From: Octopus sinensis | Lineage: Eukaryota | Assembly: GCF_006345805.1 (NCBI RefSeq) | Contig: NC_043001.1 | Coordinates: 97,154,001-97,218,000, forward strand | DNA: 64,000 nt | Reading direction: 5' to 3' | In this document: in pieces, positions 28,216 through 41,113 of the stretch | How positions within the stretch are numbered: position 1 is the stretch's first letter | How the letters are laid out: the number at the start of each line of letters is the position of its first letter | Notes under the pieces: model-generated | What the model was told of the DNA's origin: nothing | What the model saw: only the letters and a program-made list of their open reading frames with translations | The model's database searches: none | Made by a program: the position numbers and the translations under genes

Positions 28216-29699
28216 AATGTCGGTGCAAGAAAGCGACAAACTGTCAGAAACGTTACCGTGTCAGATGAATGCATAGCGGCAATTTTTGCTTTTTTATGTT
28301 CTGAGTCCAAATTACACAGAGGTCGACTTTGCCTCCGATTGTTTTGAGGTTGATGACATAAGAACAAGTTGAATATCGAAATCGATGTACTCGCCTAGCT
28401 TGTCTGTTAATACTTCGGATCTTTTGTATATGAAAGGAAGACTATTTTCGTAGATCGTCGGAATCCTGGGAGCACCTGGTAAAATAATCGACGTACACAT
28501 TACTTTCTATGTTGAAATTTCGTTGAGATAAAATTTTACTTTTCGTTGTGCTGCATTAGAGAATATTAAATGCAATAAATGTACTGAACCTATTTTATCT
28601 ACTATGCCCTTTCACTCAACAAATATTTGTGGCCTTGTGCCAATAATAGAAATCAATATTTAAGTTAAGGATAATAAATCGACCAAATCAGTTCAAAACA
28701 TAAACACAATAGCAGCGAATGTCCGGATAAATATCAGATATGAGTCATTAACTCTTTACTAAGAACAGTCCATTCAATATCCTCTTGCGATCTACTATTC
28801 AATAAAGAAGCTATGCGTATAAAACAAATTTAATTAACAGCGGATACACAAACCATCATATAGACACATCTGTCTTAGAAAGCAACAAGAGAAGACAAAG
28901 CACATACACCAACAATACAAATAAATCAGTGAAGCGACATATGGTTTACTACAAAAAATATCAAATGAATTCCCATTAGAAAACAGATGATCTGTTTTTA
29001 AATGGAGATAGATTATTAAAGAAAATTTAGATTGAACATATTCTAAAGATAAATTAAATTTATTTATACGCTTTGGAAATTAGTAGATATGTTAGTATAT
29101 TTGTAGTAACCATAAATATACAAACAGTAAACCTAAAGTTTATCGCGCCAAAAAGAGAATGTCTAAACGTCTGATCGTACTGTTAGAAATACAAGCCAAG
29201 ATGTTTTTAAATTACACCTAACTCATTGGAAGCACAAGTTCGTGTTTGTTAACACTGATCCTTTTCTACAGCCTAAAAATTCGATATTTACTACTAGAAT
29301 TCCTTAGTTAAAGTGACCTAGGATTAAATGTTAATGTTGTACATATGCACGACCGAGGGAAACAGCATCTCTCTGCTCAATCTTGGAATGGAAATAGCAG
29401 CCATATATTTTTCAGATCAATAAGCATTGAGTACCTTTTATTATTCAAATGTTACTGGGGAAACACAACAAAGATAACAAGACCATTGTGGAAAATGCAA
29501 TTTCTTAAGACCAGAAGCATAAGAATATTGAATCTTATGTTCACTTTTTAACTGAGTGGTACATAAATTCGAACATAGTTTAATATAACAAGTCTTTAAT
29601 GTAAAGTTGTTTAGGCGGTAACTCAGCTGGTGTTCATTGGATTGACTGCATCTTTGTGTTTTCTAGTATTTGTCATCTGTCACCATATATATATATATA

Positions 29700-29900
29700 T
29701 TTTTTCCTCCGTCTTCCCTTCCACGGATCTTCCCTTTTCCTATGTTTCTGACGAAGAGATCCTATGTTTCTGACGAAGAGATCCTATGTTTCTGACGAAG
29801 AGATTCCTTCTTTCCTGAGCGTCCAATAATACTATATTTGTTCCACGTCCTCGCGTTGTTGTGTTTTCTCTTTGTGTTTTCAATGTTTGGATTAACTATA
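29700..29900 (+). mobile_element. PLE pseudo-LTR-like repeat with a triplicated half-hammerhead
   Basis: Homologous to 62580-62760 on the minus strand (CCAATAA...GTTCCACGTCCTCGCGTTG...TTTGGATTAACTA); 3 x 22 bp CCTATGTTTCTGACGAAGAGAT at 29739-29804. Confidence 0.6.
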
Positions 29901-29907
29901 TACATAT

Positions 29908-29952
<45 letters not shown>

Positions 29953-29979
29953 TAAATATATATATATATATGTATATAT

Positions 29980-30050
<71 letters not shown>

Positions 30051-30788
30051 CTAATACCTGGTTCTTAATTTCTTTCAGTAAACACTGCAATCATTTACCG
30101 TATTTATGATATATCTGATTATTGATTCCTTTTAGGTATATTTAGAACATTTTACACGATTTTTGACAGTTATTTAGTCTGCAAATAAATTTCCGCTTTC
30201 TTACCAGTAGTCTCAGCAACCCTGAAAAAAGAATGGTCGTTGTTGTGTACATTATCCGACCGATTGAATTATGAAACGAAAACAAATGATAATCAAAACA
30301 AATCATGTGAATAATGTTTTACAACGTTTTCAACAGAGTAAAGCATGTGGGCGTTTGTGTGACAACGCTAGCATTTATTGCGAATTAAATATAACCATGC
30401 TGATAAGCTACGAGAATGCACCTAAGGACACTGTGTGCAGTTTCATTTATAGCATTGTATTTCTGTCTTTTACTGGAGTCAATGTTTTCTCGTTGAATGG
30501 GTTCTAAATAATCTATCAACATTTTCAATGGACCAGTGTGAATTTGGCATGAGCCTCATTGACATTCACGACATGGAACTTTTAATTCGTATCTGAGGAT
30601 TCACTTCAAGTGCCAGTTTTTTAAAAAAACTCCCTGTCAATTTATCAGTATGACGTACATGGAGAAATGTCACATTCATCATGATAACAAAGAAACAAAC
30701 ACTACCATATATTTTCCATTGAATACCGTGGAAATACGAAAGTCAATTGATACAGCTTACTGACCGGGAGCGGTATTAATTCTAAATA

Positions 30789-31314
30789 CCGTAAATCCTC
30801 GAGTATTATCCGCCCTTGAGTATAATATGCAGGGGATTTTTTGGGGGTCGTACCTCGGAAAAACCTAAACCTTCTGTATAATACGCACCCCTTCCCTAAT
30901 ATGAGTCGTGCGTAATTAAGCCAGCAGCACCTCGGCGAACAAAAACTTCCGCGCATGCATAATACAATAATGGGTGATGTTCTTAACTGTTATATGGGAA
31001 TGTAAATAGTTTTTTCAAATTGTTTTTGTTATGTGTTATTCTGTGTTTTGAATACTTTTACTTTAACAAATGTTGCTAACTGCAAGTTATAGATGATTCT
31101 TCATTGCTATCAGGCTTAGCTTAAGGTATTTTCGCGCCCGACATCACAAAATGCGTCTGAATAAACATTGTCGGACAGCAAATAGAGACTCGGACATTGC
31201 TTAGAAAATATTTTTCATTTTTAACCACGTATAGAGTTCGCACTAGTGATTTTGACCTTTAATTTTTTTTTTTTGAGGGGGGGGGGAATGCGGATTATAC
31301 TCGAAGAATTACGG
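30789..31314. mobile_element. Tc1/mariner-pogo-type MITE of about 526 bp with TA target duplication
   Basis: TA|CCGTAAATCCTCGAGTATTATCCGC ... GCGGATTATACTCGAAGAATTACGG|TA: about 25 bp imperfect TIRs, no coding capacity. Confidence 0.8.
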
Positions 31315-31737
31315 TACATAAATAGCTGAAACCCAATGAAGGCATACGAGAACGAACCCCCGATCGTACGATTTATACTACAACAATGTAAACACTGTGT
31401 CATACTTATAAAGACCAGAACGCTCCGTTTTGTTTCCTCCACAAGGAAGTAGTTGTACATCACATGTTCCACACCTCAACTATTTCCTTAAGTAGACTTC
31501 CTATCATACCCCACACACCTCTGCATCCCTTAAGACCCACGCTAATCACACTATACTTAATCTTTCTCTTTGAAATATTATTTCAGTCTATTCCACCGGG
31601 AGAGTCTTTCTTCCTTGCAGACATCGACATACTTTTGGTATCGACTTCACACTCAGAAACTAATTAAAAACTTTATTAGTTATATTATTGACATTATTTA
31701 TAGTTGACGGATATTTCTCCTCATCTTTTTTATTGTT

Positions 31738-31783
31738 AACATAATGTTTTGGCTGATACACCCTCCAGCCTTCATCAGGTGTC
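31738..31783 (-). ncRNA. Degenerate minimal hammerhead (SINE-HHR family)
   Basis: GACAC-CUGAUGA-A-GGCUG/CAGCC-AAAA-CA-UU-AUGUU; GAAA and stem III are mutated. Confidence 0.55.
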
Positions 31784-31853
31784 TTAGGGAAATTTTGAAC
31801 CTGGGTTCTCATTCCTACGGTATTTTTTGATATTGTTGTTGTTCTTGTTGTTG

Positions 31854-31975
<122 letters not shown>

Positions 31976-32905
31976 GACTTTGGCTTTATATTTGTACAAG
32001 TTGGCTCCAAGTCCCACCCAGAGATCTCAAAAGACAACAGGTTGAAAGTTCGTGATGTTGTTATGCCTAGTGTGCCATATATTTGATTTTGTATTTAGTG
32101 TTGTATTAGTGAATGTAAAAAAAAAACCCCGAAAATTATGTTTGTTTTAAAACTTGCGATTACATAGAAAGTATTTTGCGTAGGATATGAGCAGTTCCCA
32201 TGAGCCCTATCTTTTGAATCTCTGCCATTTTGGGGTTTCCTGGTATCTGAGTTAGGTAGCGATCATTCCCGGGGCACCTGTGACAACAGGTATTGTTTTA
32301 GTCTTCAGGTTCCACATTTTGCTGATTTCTATTTCAAGATCTTTATATTTGCTCAGTTTTTGGTAGGTCTTGACAGATACGATTATATCGATTGGGAAAG
32401 TCATATCAATGAGGAAGCATGTTCTTTGTTTGAAGCCTTTCAATATGATGTCTGGCCCATTTGCATCTATCTTTCTGTCGGTTGAATGAGGAAGTTCCAG
32501 GGAAGTGAGATGTGGTCGTTTTCAAGCACTGGAGGTAGTTTGTGTTCCCACCAGGATTTTTCATGGGGCAAATCCAGGTTTTTGCAGATTACCCAGTGGA
32601 TATATTGTGCAGCTCTATCATGCCTGTTGAGATACTCTGTAGGCGCTAGAAGACTGCACTTGGAGACAACATGATCAATGGTTTCATTTTGTTCTTGACA
32701 CACACATGTTAGGCTACTGCCGTTCTTTAATATGTTGGCCTGGTAGTTCGTTATTGGTAGGCATTGATCTTGAGCTGCTATGATAAACCCTTTCTGTTTC
32801 AGATTTTAAGCCAGAGGCCATTAGCCATTGATGGGTCAGGGCTTTGTCAACATCTGCATTATTCGCTCTCTTTGGGTATTTGCCACGGAGATTTTTTCTT
32901 GCCAT
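31976..32905 (-). mobile_element. 5'-truncated R4/Dong element (CCHC, RLE, 3' UTR) inserted in (TAA)n
   Basis: ETIDHVVSKC, RHDRAAQYIHW, KYKDLEIEISKMW; same family as 41114-42892; (ATT)n on both sides. Confidence 0.9.
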
Positions 32906-32906
32906 A

Positions 32907-32944
<38 letters not shown>

Positions 32945-33161
32945 GTAGTAGTAGTAGTAGTATTATTATTATCATTAATGTCACTGCCTGGAATCGCACT
33001 TGGAATCTTGGGCATATGGCGTAGTGGTTAAGAGTCCGGGCTACTGACCCCAAGATTCCGTGTTCGATTCTAGGTAGTGACATTGATAATAATAATAACA
33101 ACAACAACAACAACATCAAATATACCTCAGGAATAAGAACCCAGGTTCAAAATTTCTCCAA

Positions 33162-33191
33162 GATACCCGATGAAGGCCGAAACGTTGTGTT
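33162..33191 (+). ncRNA. Minimal hammerhead with shortened stem II (SINE-HHR family)
   Basis: GAUAC-CCGAUGA-AGGCC-GAAA-CG-UU-GUGUU; palindromic AACGUU stem III is intact, U4 is C. Confidence 0.55.
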
Positions 33192-33474
33192 AATAGTAAA
33201 CAAGATGAGGTCAAATATAAATAATGTAAATAATTTAAATAATGTACATAATTCCTCATCTCTTAAATATAGAACTGTTTTATTAGTTATTCTCCGGTCT
33301 CCCATTGTCTAAACTGTCTGTCTTTTTTGGAAAAGATATAGGGAGCAAATTTCCTTCAAATCGGACAAAGGCCAAAATGACGATTCTATGACGATTCTAT
33401 ATGACCACGCAGTGAATTTAAAGCAAAATTTGATAACATGGGAGATTATCATTATTATTATTATTATTATTATT

Positions 33475-35404
33475 CAGTAGTTTTATTTTTTATAGCGTGC
33501 TTTCACTTCACTACCGAGTGCAGCTCTGTGTGCCTTGGGTATGTGCTGTGATTTGTTGTGATGCTCTGATGGTTATTGTATGGAAAGTGTTCTGCGTAGG
33601 ATGTGTGCAGTGCCTAGTAGTGCAATTTTCTGTATGTTATATGTGTTTGTAAGTCCTGGTGTTTTTGTTATGTATTTGTCTGAATATTTTTTATCATGCC
33701 TAATGCACCTACTATGATAGGAATTGTTTCTGTTTTCAGGTTCCACATTCTAGTTACCTCTATTTCCAGGTCTTTGTATTTTGAGAGTTTCTCCATTCTT
33801 TTAGAGACACGTTGTCATCTGCCGGTATTGATACATCAATTAGAAAGCATTTTTTTTCTTCATGATCTCTGACAACTATATCTGGTCTGTTGGCCTTAAT
33901 TTCTCTATCTGTGTGTATCGGCATATCCCAGAGTATGGTTGCTTTCTCATTTTCTGTGACCTTTTCTGGTGTGTGCCTATACCATCTTTTTTCTGTTGTT
34001 ATTCCATAATGTTGGCATAGCTTCCAATGTATGTAGGTTCCAACTCTGTCATGTCTGTGAATATATTCCTTCTTAGCCAGGACTGGGCAGCCAGAGATAA
34101 TATGATTTATTGTTTCTTGTCCATCTCCACATATTCTGCAGTTACTTGTAATATTTCTTTTCATTACATGTTTTTGGTAATTTCTGGCGGGGAGGCTTTG
34201 GTCTTGTGCTGCAATTAAAAATCCCTCTGTTTCTGCTTTGAGTCCTGAGCTTCTCAACCATTGCTGGGATTTTTCTTTGTCTATTTCTTTTGCGTTTAGT
34301 TTAATGCAGTATTTACCATGAAGGGGTTTTCTTGCCATCGTTTTATCATGGCTCGTTGCTGTTCTATTTTTAGTTTGGATTTCATTTGTTTTATAGCTTT
34401 TGTTGTTTCTTCATCATCTTCTTCTTCTTCTTTGTGTTTATTAGGTGGTATGATTTCTTGTTTGTATTTGTCAGCTTCCTTAAATACTGAGAACAGTTTT
34501 TTGTTTTGCTCGTGTTTTGCTGCTATCTGGATCAGTTTCCCTTCCTTCTGAAGTAGGTATTTTTGAAGTCCTATGGTGGTTATTTTATGGTAGTTTTCCA
34601 GCTGTATAAGGCCTCTACCACCTTCTATACGTTGTATATATAGTCTTTCTATGTCAGATTTTGGGTGATGCATCCTAGATCCTGTCAGTATTTTTCTTGT
34701 TTTCCTATCTATTTTGGACAGTTCATTTCGTGTCCAGTTAAGGATATTGAAGCTGTAACTTATAACTGGGACAGCTAAAGTGTTGATACCTATTATCTTG
34801 TTTTTAGCATTGAGCTCTGTTTTTTGTATTGATCTAACTCGTCTATAATATTCTTTTTTTATTTTCTCTTTCATTTGTGTGTGTTGCGTCTTATCTAGTT
34901 CATGGATTCCTAAGTATTTGTAAGTTTGGCTTTGGTCTAATTCTTTTATTTCATCGGTTTTATCTAGTGTGATGTTGTTACTCTTAACTAGTTTTCCTCT
35001 TTTCATGGTTACTTTGGCGCATTTTTCTAATCCAAATTTCATATCTATTTCTTTGGTAAATCCATGAACTGTCTTTAATAGTGTTTCCAGCTGTTTGTCA
35101 TTTGCAGTGTATAGTTTTAGGTCATCCATATATAAAAGGTGGCTGATCGTTTTGCCGTAACATTTATATCCGCATCCAGTTCTATTTAGCATATCAGATA
35201 GAGGTGACAGTGCCAAGCAGAAAAGGAGTGGAGAGAGCGTGTCTCCCTGGAATATTCCTCTTCTAATGGGGATGTCTTTGGTTTTCACGAGTCCGTCTTT
35301 TGTTTGGAGGTGTAGGACTGTTTGCCATTTATTCATAGAGTGCTCTATGAATTTTATGATTGTTGGTGCTACTTTGTTAATGGCTAGTGTTTCGAGGATC
35401 CATG

Positions 35405-35407
<3 letters not shown>
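33475..35407 (-). mobile_element. 5'-truncated R4/Dong element, young family, in (TAA)n
   Basis: 346 aa and 192 aa ORFs with GIFQGDTLSPLLF, YMDDL, CRIC..ETINHIISGC, RPDIVV; (TAA)n on both sides. Confidence 0.93.
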
Positions 35408-35496
<89 letters not shown>

Positions 35497-35665
35497 GGGC
35501 AGTGAGCTGGCAGAATCGTTTGCGCACTAGACGAAATACTTAGCGGAATATCGGCATTCGCTACGTTTTAAGTACTAATTCAGCCGAGGTCGACTTTGCT
35601 TTCCGTTGTTCCGGAGTCGATAAATTAAGTCGAATTACGCTCCCCAGAAAGTGCTGTCCTTGTAG
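35497..35665 (+). mobile_element. SINE family B, partial
   Basis: GAGCTGGCAGAATCGTT...GAGGTCGACTTTGC. Confidence 0.7.
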
Positions 35666-36539
35666 CAAAATTTGAAAGAATTGCAATTATTATTTTTTTT
35701 TTCAGTAAGTATAAACATACAATAGATTTTGAAAATATATAAAATTCCGTTTGTTTTCATAAGGTTGGAAATCATTTTTACTTCATTTTACAGGTTATTG
35801 AAATGCGTAAGTGTTCTTCCCACACAACTTTAACGGGAACTTTGAGAATACTAACAAAACTGAAGGAATTAAACTAAACTCAAGAATTAAATACTGGGTG
35901 TAGTGAACCAAATGTATCGTGCTGTTTTCAGCAGAATGGTCGCAACAAAAAATGCAGAGTGATGACATTAGTCATATTAACCCTGGCAACCGATTACACA
36001 ATGTACAGAAATATGAGGTACTCTTTGAGTTCTCTTAAAGTCTCCATCTATTTTTAGTCCTCCAAAGCGGTTCAACTCGAGACATGATACAATGCACTTA
36101 CTCAAGGTGACGGTGAGTGGGATCAACATCAGAATTTTTTATACGTTGCCAATATGACAGCATAACCATTTGAAGAAGAATAAAAAATACGGTCTTGGTT
36201 TTATTGTACACATTAATCCATGGAAAAGAAAATAAGAAAAAAATCCTCGGGTTTAATGGGTGACAGTCAACTGGAATGAAAATCTCAGGTGGGTTTTGTA
36301 TTTATGGTGCCGTTAATACTTCTGATTCTATTAAATTACGTTGTGCTGACAAAGATTCCTTAACGTGTGGAGATATTAAATTTGACACTAATGCTTTCCC
36401 AGTTTTATTTTCATTTATTTCTTATGAGCGTGGTTGGAATTTAAACATCTTATGACTTGTTTTGTGTTTTAGATGTCATATTGTGCAATTATTATTTTCA
36501 AGATCAACATCAATGTTCTTAGCGCTTGCGTTCTTCTTC

Positions 36540-36760
36540 TACTCGTTCTTGTTATTGTTGCTGTTGTTGTTTTTGTTGTCGTTGTTGTTGATGTTGTTGT
36601 TATTGTTTCTTTGTTGTTCTTCCTCTTCTTCCTATTGTCATCAATAAAACCACCACCTCTACCACCACCACCACCACCACCACCACCACCATCACCATCA
36701 TCACTATCATCATCATTGTCGTCGTCGTCGTCATCATCACCAACCTCCTCCACCTCCTCG
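36540..36760. repeat. Compound (GTT)n/(CAC)n/(TCR)n trinucleotide repeat
   Basis: Seen directly; explains the poly-P, poly-G and poly-D ORFs. Confidence 0.9.
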
Positions 36761-37031
36761 TCATCGCATTTAGATGTTTCAGGCCAATTTCTAACAGAGC
36801 AACTACTGGCCTTCTGCATTCTTAGCGTGTGTGCGACATTGACAATCGCACTTTCGCGGGGACCATATGGCGTTTCCTTGCAGTAGATTTTTTGTTGTCT
36901 CTGCTCTCACATTAATGTTTCTTTTCCAGAATATGTACGATAGGAACAGTGTAGCATTTCTTTTAAAATTGAGTTGAGTTCAATATTTATTACTCACGAG
37001 ATATGACAGTGTAAAATATATACCAAGTTAA

Positions 37032-37420
37032 AGGCAGCGCGCTGGCAGAAACGTTAGCGCGCCGGGCGAAATGCTTAGTTGGATTTCGTCTGCCGCTACG
37101 TTCTGAGTTCAAATTCCGCCGAGGTCGACTTTGGCTTTCATCCTTTCGGGGTCGATATATTAAGTACCATTTACGCACTGGGGTCGATATAATCGACTTA
37201 ATCGGTTTTAACTGCCCTTGCTTGTCCTCTCTGTGTTTAGCCCCTTGTGGTTAGTAAAGAAACAGGTGTTTCGTATGCCTCTACGTTGTGAGTTTAAATT
37301 CCGCCGAGGTCGACTTTGCCTTTCATCCTTTCGGGGTCAATAAATTAAGTTCCAGTTGCGAACTAGGGTCGATGCAATCGACTAGCCCCTCCCCCAAAAG
37401 TTCGGGCCTCGTGCTTGTAC
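37032..37420 (+). mobile_element. SINE family B
   Basis: Well-preserved head and duplicated core. Confidence 0.85.
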
Positions 37421-37454
37421 CAGGAGGTGATTGTACCATTTATCAGCAGTTTTG

Positions 37455-39105
37455 ATTTTATAATACCGACACATAATCCAATGTAGATATTGGGCAAATC
37501 TATCACGTCTTAATATGTATTCTGTAGGTACTAAAACCTTACATCCCGAGATTAGGTGGTTAAATGCTTCTATGTCATCGTTTCAGTATCGGCCCTTTGG
37601 GTCTACATGACTTTTCATCACATTGGCTTGATAACTGCGGGTCAATAATCTCTAATCTTGAGCAGCCAAGATAAAGCCACCACACTTTTCCTTTAGATCT
37701 GAGCTCCGTAACCACTGATGGGTGTGCTTCTGGTCTACATCAGCTTGTTTGATACGGGTTACATATTTGCCATGCAGCCAATTGTCCAAGTGCATTTTGC
37801 TTTGCGACTGATGTCACCTTCTTTGCAAATACAGTTGTTGCACTTCCCTTATGCTGTTCAATCTGGGTATTATGGATAAACTCTTTTGAAAATATTTTAC
37901 TCTCCTTCATAACAGAATGAAGCTTCTTACGACTTACATGTTTTTGAACGATCTTTAGCATCTAGTCGTTAGAAGGTTTAAGATATTTTGCCATTCCAGG
38001 TGTAGTGGTTTCGAAGGATTTTTCAAAATGAATCCAAGCCTCGTCCTCCTTGAGCTCTGGGTAGGTAAAGACGATCTGCGTCGGCTTTGGGTGGTGCATC
38101 TTATTGCAAGTCTGCGGCTTACGGATTTTCCTGTCAATCTTCCTTATTTCGCTCTTATTTCAGTTCACCAAATAGAAACTGTAAATAAAAAAAGGAATTG
38201 CTAAGGAATTTATAGCTAACACCTTGTTAAGTGCATTTAACTTGGATTTTAGTACTGCGAGATCTCTAGTATAACATTCCTTCCTGATCTCTGTCATGTT
38301 TGCATGTTGAATGCCAGAGCGCACATATATTGGAAGGTGTTTGTAAGTTTGTTTCCGCTCGTTTTTTTATAACTGTGTCAACATCTAACACCATTGAATG
38401 TGAGGTCTTCAGTTTCCCTTTCTGGAAAGTGACCTTGGCGCATTTATCAAGATCGAATTCCATCTGAATGTCATCACTGAATGCTTTCACAGTACGTAGT
38501 AGTTCTTCAAGCTCTTTATCGTCTTTGACATAAAGTTTTAAGTCATCCACATAACATAGAAGACTTATTTTCTTGTCGCCAATTTTATACCCGTACCATG
38601 TTCTGTTTAGTTCATCTGTAAGGTGTAATAGAGCTATGCAGAAAATTAAAGCTGAAAGTGAGTCACCTTGGGAAATTTCGCAGTTGGTATTAATATTTTT
38701 TGTGGTCAGTACTCCATTAGATTGACGTAATTGGAGATTCGTGTTCCACATTGACATGTTGTGCTTCAGGAAGTTTGAAATCACAGGAGAAATTTTGAAG
38801 ATATCCAGCGATTTCAAGATCCATGAATGCGGTATGCTGTCGAAGGCATTTTAATAATCGATCCATGCAGAAATGAAATTTCTGCATCTGTTATGACAAT
38901 TCTCAAGGATCCTGCGATTGATTAAGAGTTGGTCTTTCAATCCATATGAGACTTGTCGGCACCCTTTTTGTTCAGTTTGGAAAATATCATTCTGTTCCAT
39001 ATATTTTTATGTTTTCTCCGCGAGGATGGATTTAAAAACTTTACACGTAGTAGATAGACATGTTATGGCCGCTAGGTTTGGGGAAATATGGTTTCACTGT
39101 TCTTC
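37455..39105 (-). mobile_element. Decayed internal R4/Dong fragment (RT to CCHC)
   Basis: QGDSLSALIFC, YVDDLKLY, MHHPK, GFILAAQD, NHLISGC..DRFAQYLHW, with many stops and frameshifts. Confidence 0.85.
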
Positions 39106-39108
39106 AGG

Positions 39109-39384
39109 TTAGCTTGGGAGGTTAAGAAGCTGTGGTCGATGAAAAATGTGGTAGTAGTACCAATAATTGACGGAGCACTAGGAAGAGTAAGTAACACTCT
39201 TGATAAGTACATGGGACAAATAGGAGCGACAGTAAGGGTAGATCACTTGCAGAGAACAGGACTGCTTGGAACCGTTCGAATACTGCGGAAGGTACTCCAA
39301 AAATTAGAGGTGCTACCTTAGTTCCCTGGTAGTGAACAGCTGACACCGTAGTACATCTCTAGCGTTAGAAGCTGTGCATAGGAA
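39109..39384 (+). mobile_element. R4/Dong 3' end with (TAA)n tail
   Basis: WEVKKLW..VPII.GALG..LQRTGLLGTVRILRKVL, then a short UTR and TAA repeats. Confidence 0.8.
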
Positions 39385-39448
39385 ATAATAATAATAATAA
39401 TAATAATATAATAATAATAATAATAATAATATAATAATAATAATAATA

Positions 39449-40666
39449 GAAAGGATGCCGCAAGGGCTCATATTGCTGTAAAGATCAACTAATGATTAAT
39501 AAAGCCGTAACTGAAGACAGCCACAGAAAGAAGAAAGGCCTCAGTATGGCCTGGATTGACTACAAAAAGGCGTTTGATAGCATCCCCCACACATGGATCC
39601 TCGAAACACTAGCCATTAACAAAGTAGCACCAACAATCATAAAATTCATAGAGCACTCTATGAATAAATGGCAAACAGTCCTACACCTCCAAACAAAAGA
39701 GGGACTCGTGAAAACCAAAGACATCCCCATTAGAAGAGGAATATTCCAGGGAGACACGCTCTCTCCACTCCTTTTCTGCTTGGCACTGTCACCTCTATCT
39801 GAAAAGCCCCTTCATGGTAAATACTGCACTAAACTAAACGCCAAAAAAAATAGACAAAGAAAAATCCCAGCAATGGTTGAGAAGCTCAGGACTCAAAGCA
39901 GAAACAGAGGGATTTTTAATTGCAGCACAAGACCAAAGCCTCCTCGCCAGAAATTACCAAAAACATGTAATGAAAAGAAATATTACAAGTAACTGCAGAA
40001 TATTTGGAGATGGACAAGAAACAATAAATCATATTATCTCTAGCTGCCCAGTCCTGGCTAAGAAGGAATATATTCACAGACATGACAGATTTGGAACCTA
40101 CATACATTGGAAGCTATGCCAACATTATGGAATAACAACAGAAAAAAGATGGTATAGGCACACACCAGAAAAGGTCACAGAAAACGAGAAAGCAACCATA
40201 CTCTGGGATACGCCGATACACACAGATAGAGAAATTAAGGCCAACAGACCAGATATAGTTGCCAGAGATCATGAAGAAAAAAAATGCTTTCTAATTGATG
40301 TATCAATACCGGCAGATGACAACGTGTCTCTAAAAGAAATGGAGAAACTCTCAAAATACAAAGACCTGGAAATAGAGGTAACTAGAATGTGGAACCTGAA
40401 AACAGAAACAATTCCTATCATAGTAGGTGCATTAGGCATGATAAAAAATATTCAGACAAATACATAACAAAAACACCAGGACTTACAAACACATATAACA
40501 TACAGAAAATTGCACTACTAGGCACTGCACACATCCTACATCCTACGCAGAACACTTTCCATACAATAACCATCAGAGCATCACAACAAATCACAGCACA
40601 TACCCAAGGCACACAGAGCTGCGCTCGGTAGTGAAGTGAAAGCACGCTATAAAAATAAAACTACTG
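39449..40666 (+). mobile_element. R4/Dong copy with an internal deletion of about 860 bp, in (TAA)n
   Basis: Nearly identical to 33475-35407 (inverted); LALSPLS is joined to EKPLHGKY at 39801-39802. Confidence 0.92.
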
Positions 40667-40691
40667 AATAATAATAATAATAATAATAATA

Positions 40692-40723
<32 letters not shown>

Positions 40724-40806
40724 AATAATAATAATAATATAATAATAATAAAATTATTATTATTATTATTATTATCATTAATATAATTATTATTATTATT
40801 ATTATT

Positions 40807-41090
40807 GAGTGAGAGAGCAGTGCATACCATCAAAGTGACACGGGAGGGAAATATACGAAGCTCTGTATACCCATCATGACTACCCGTCTGATAAGGGTAC
40901 ACTAGGCACATGCATCACAGCCATATGTGCACGACATGGTGATCTCATTTCAAGATAAACAGCACATGGCCTTCAGATGGGGCACCAATTAGAATTTTCT
41001 TCTGGTCGAGTAGCCTATCCTGCTCAAAAAGTCTCTGAATAAGGGTTGTTTAAGGATGTTGAACGAAACACCTATGTTTCCAGAGGTGAA
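40807..41090. repeat. About 285 bp non-coding interspersed element flanked by (ATT)n
   Basis: Discrete complex sequence between two TAA tracts; no ORF and no clear A/B boxes. Confidence 0.5.
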
Positions 41091-41113
41091 TTATTATTAT
41101 TATTATTATTATT

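Noticed and set aside
29739-29804. CRISPR-like short direct repeats
   Set aside because: The repeats are contiguous with no spacers, in a eukaryotic context.
33011-33081. tRNA gene-like sequence (also at 45589 and 47419)
   Set aside because: The acceptor stem is incomplete and the sequence continues into SINE body, so these are SINE heads, not tRNA genes.
36473-36886. 137 aa ORF with a poly-Pro and poly-Ser tract
   Set aside because: Compound trinucleotide repeat.
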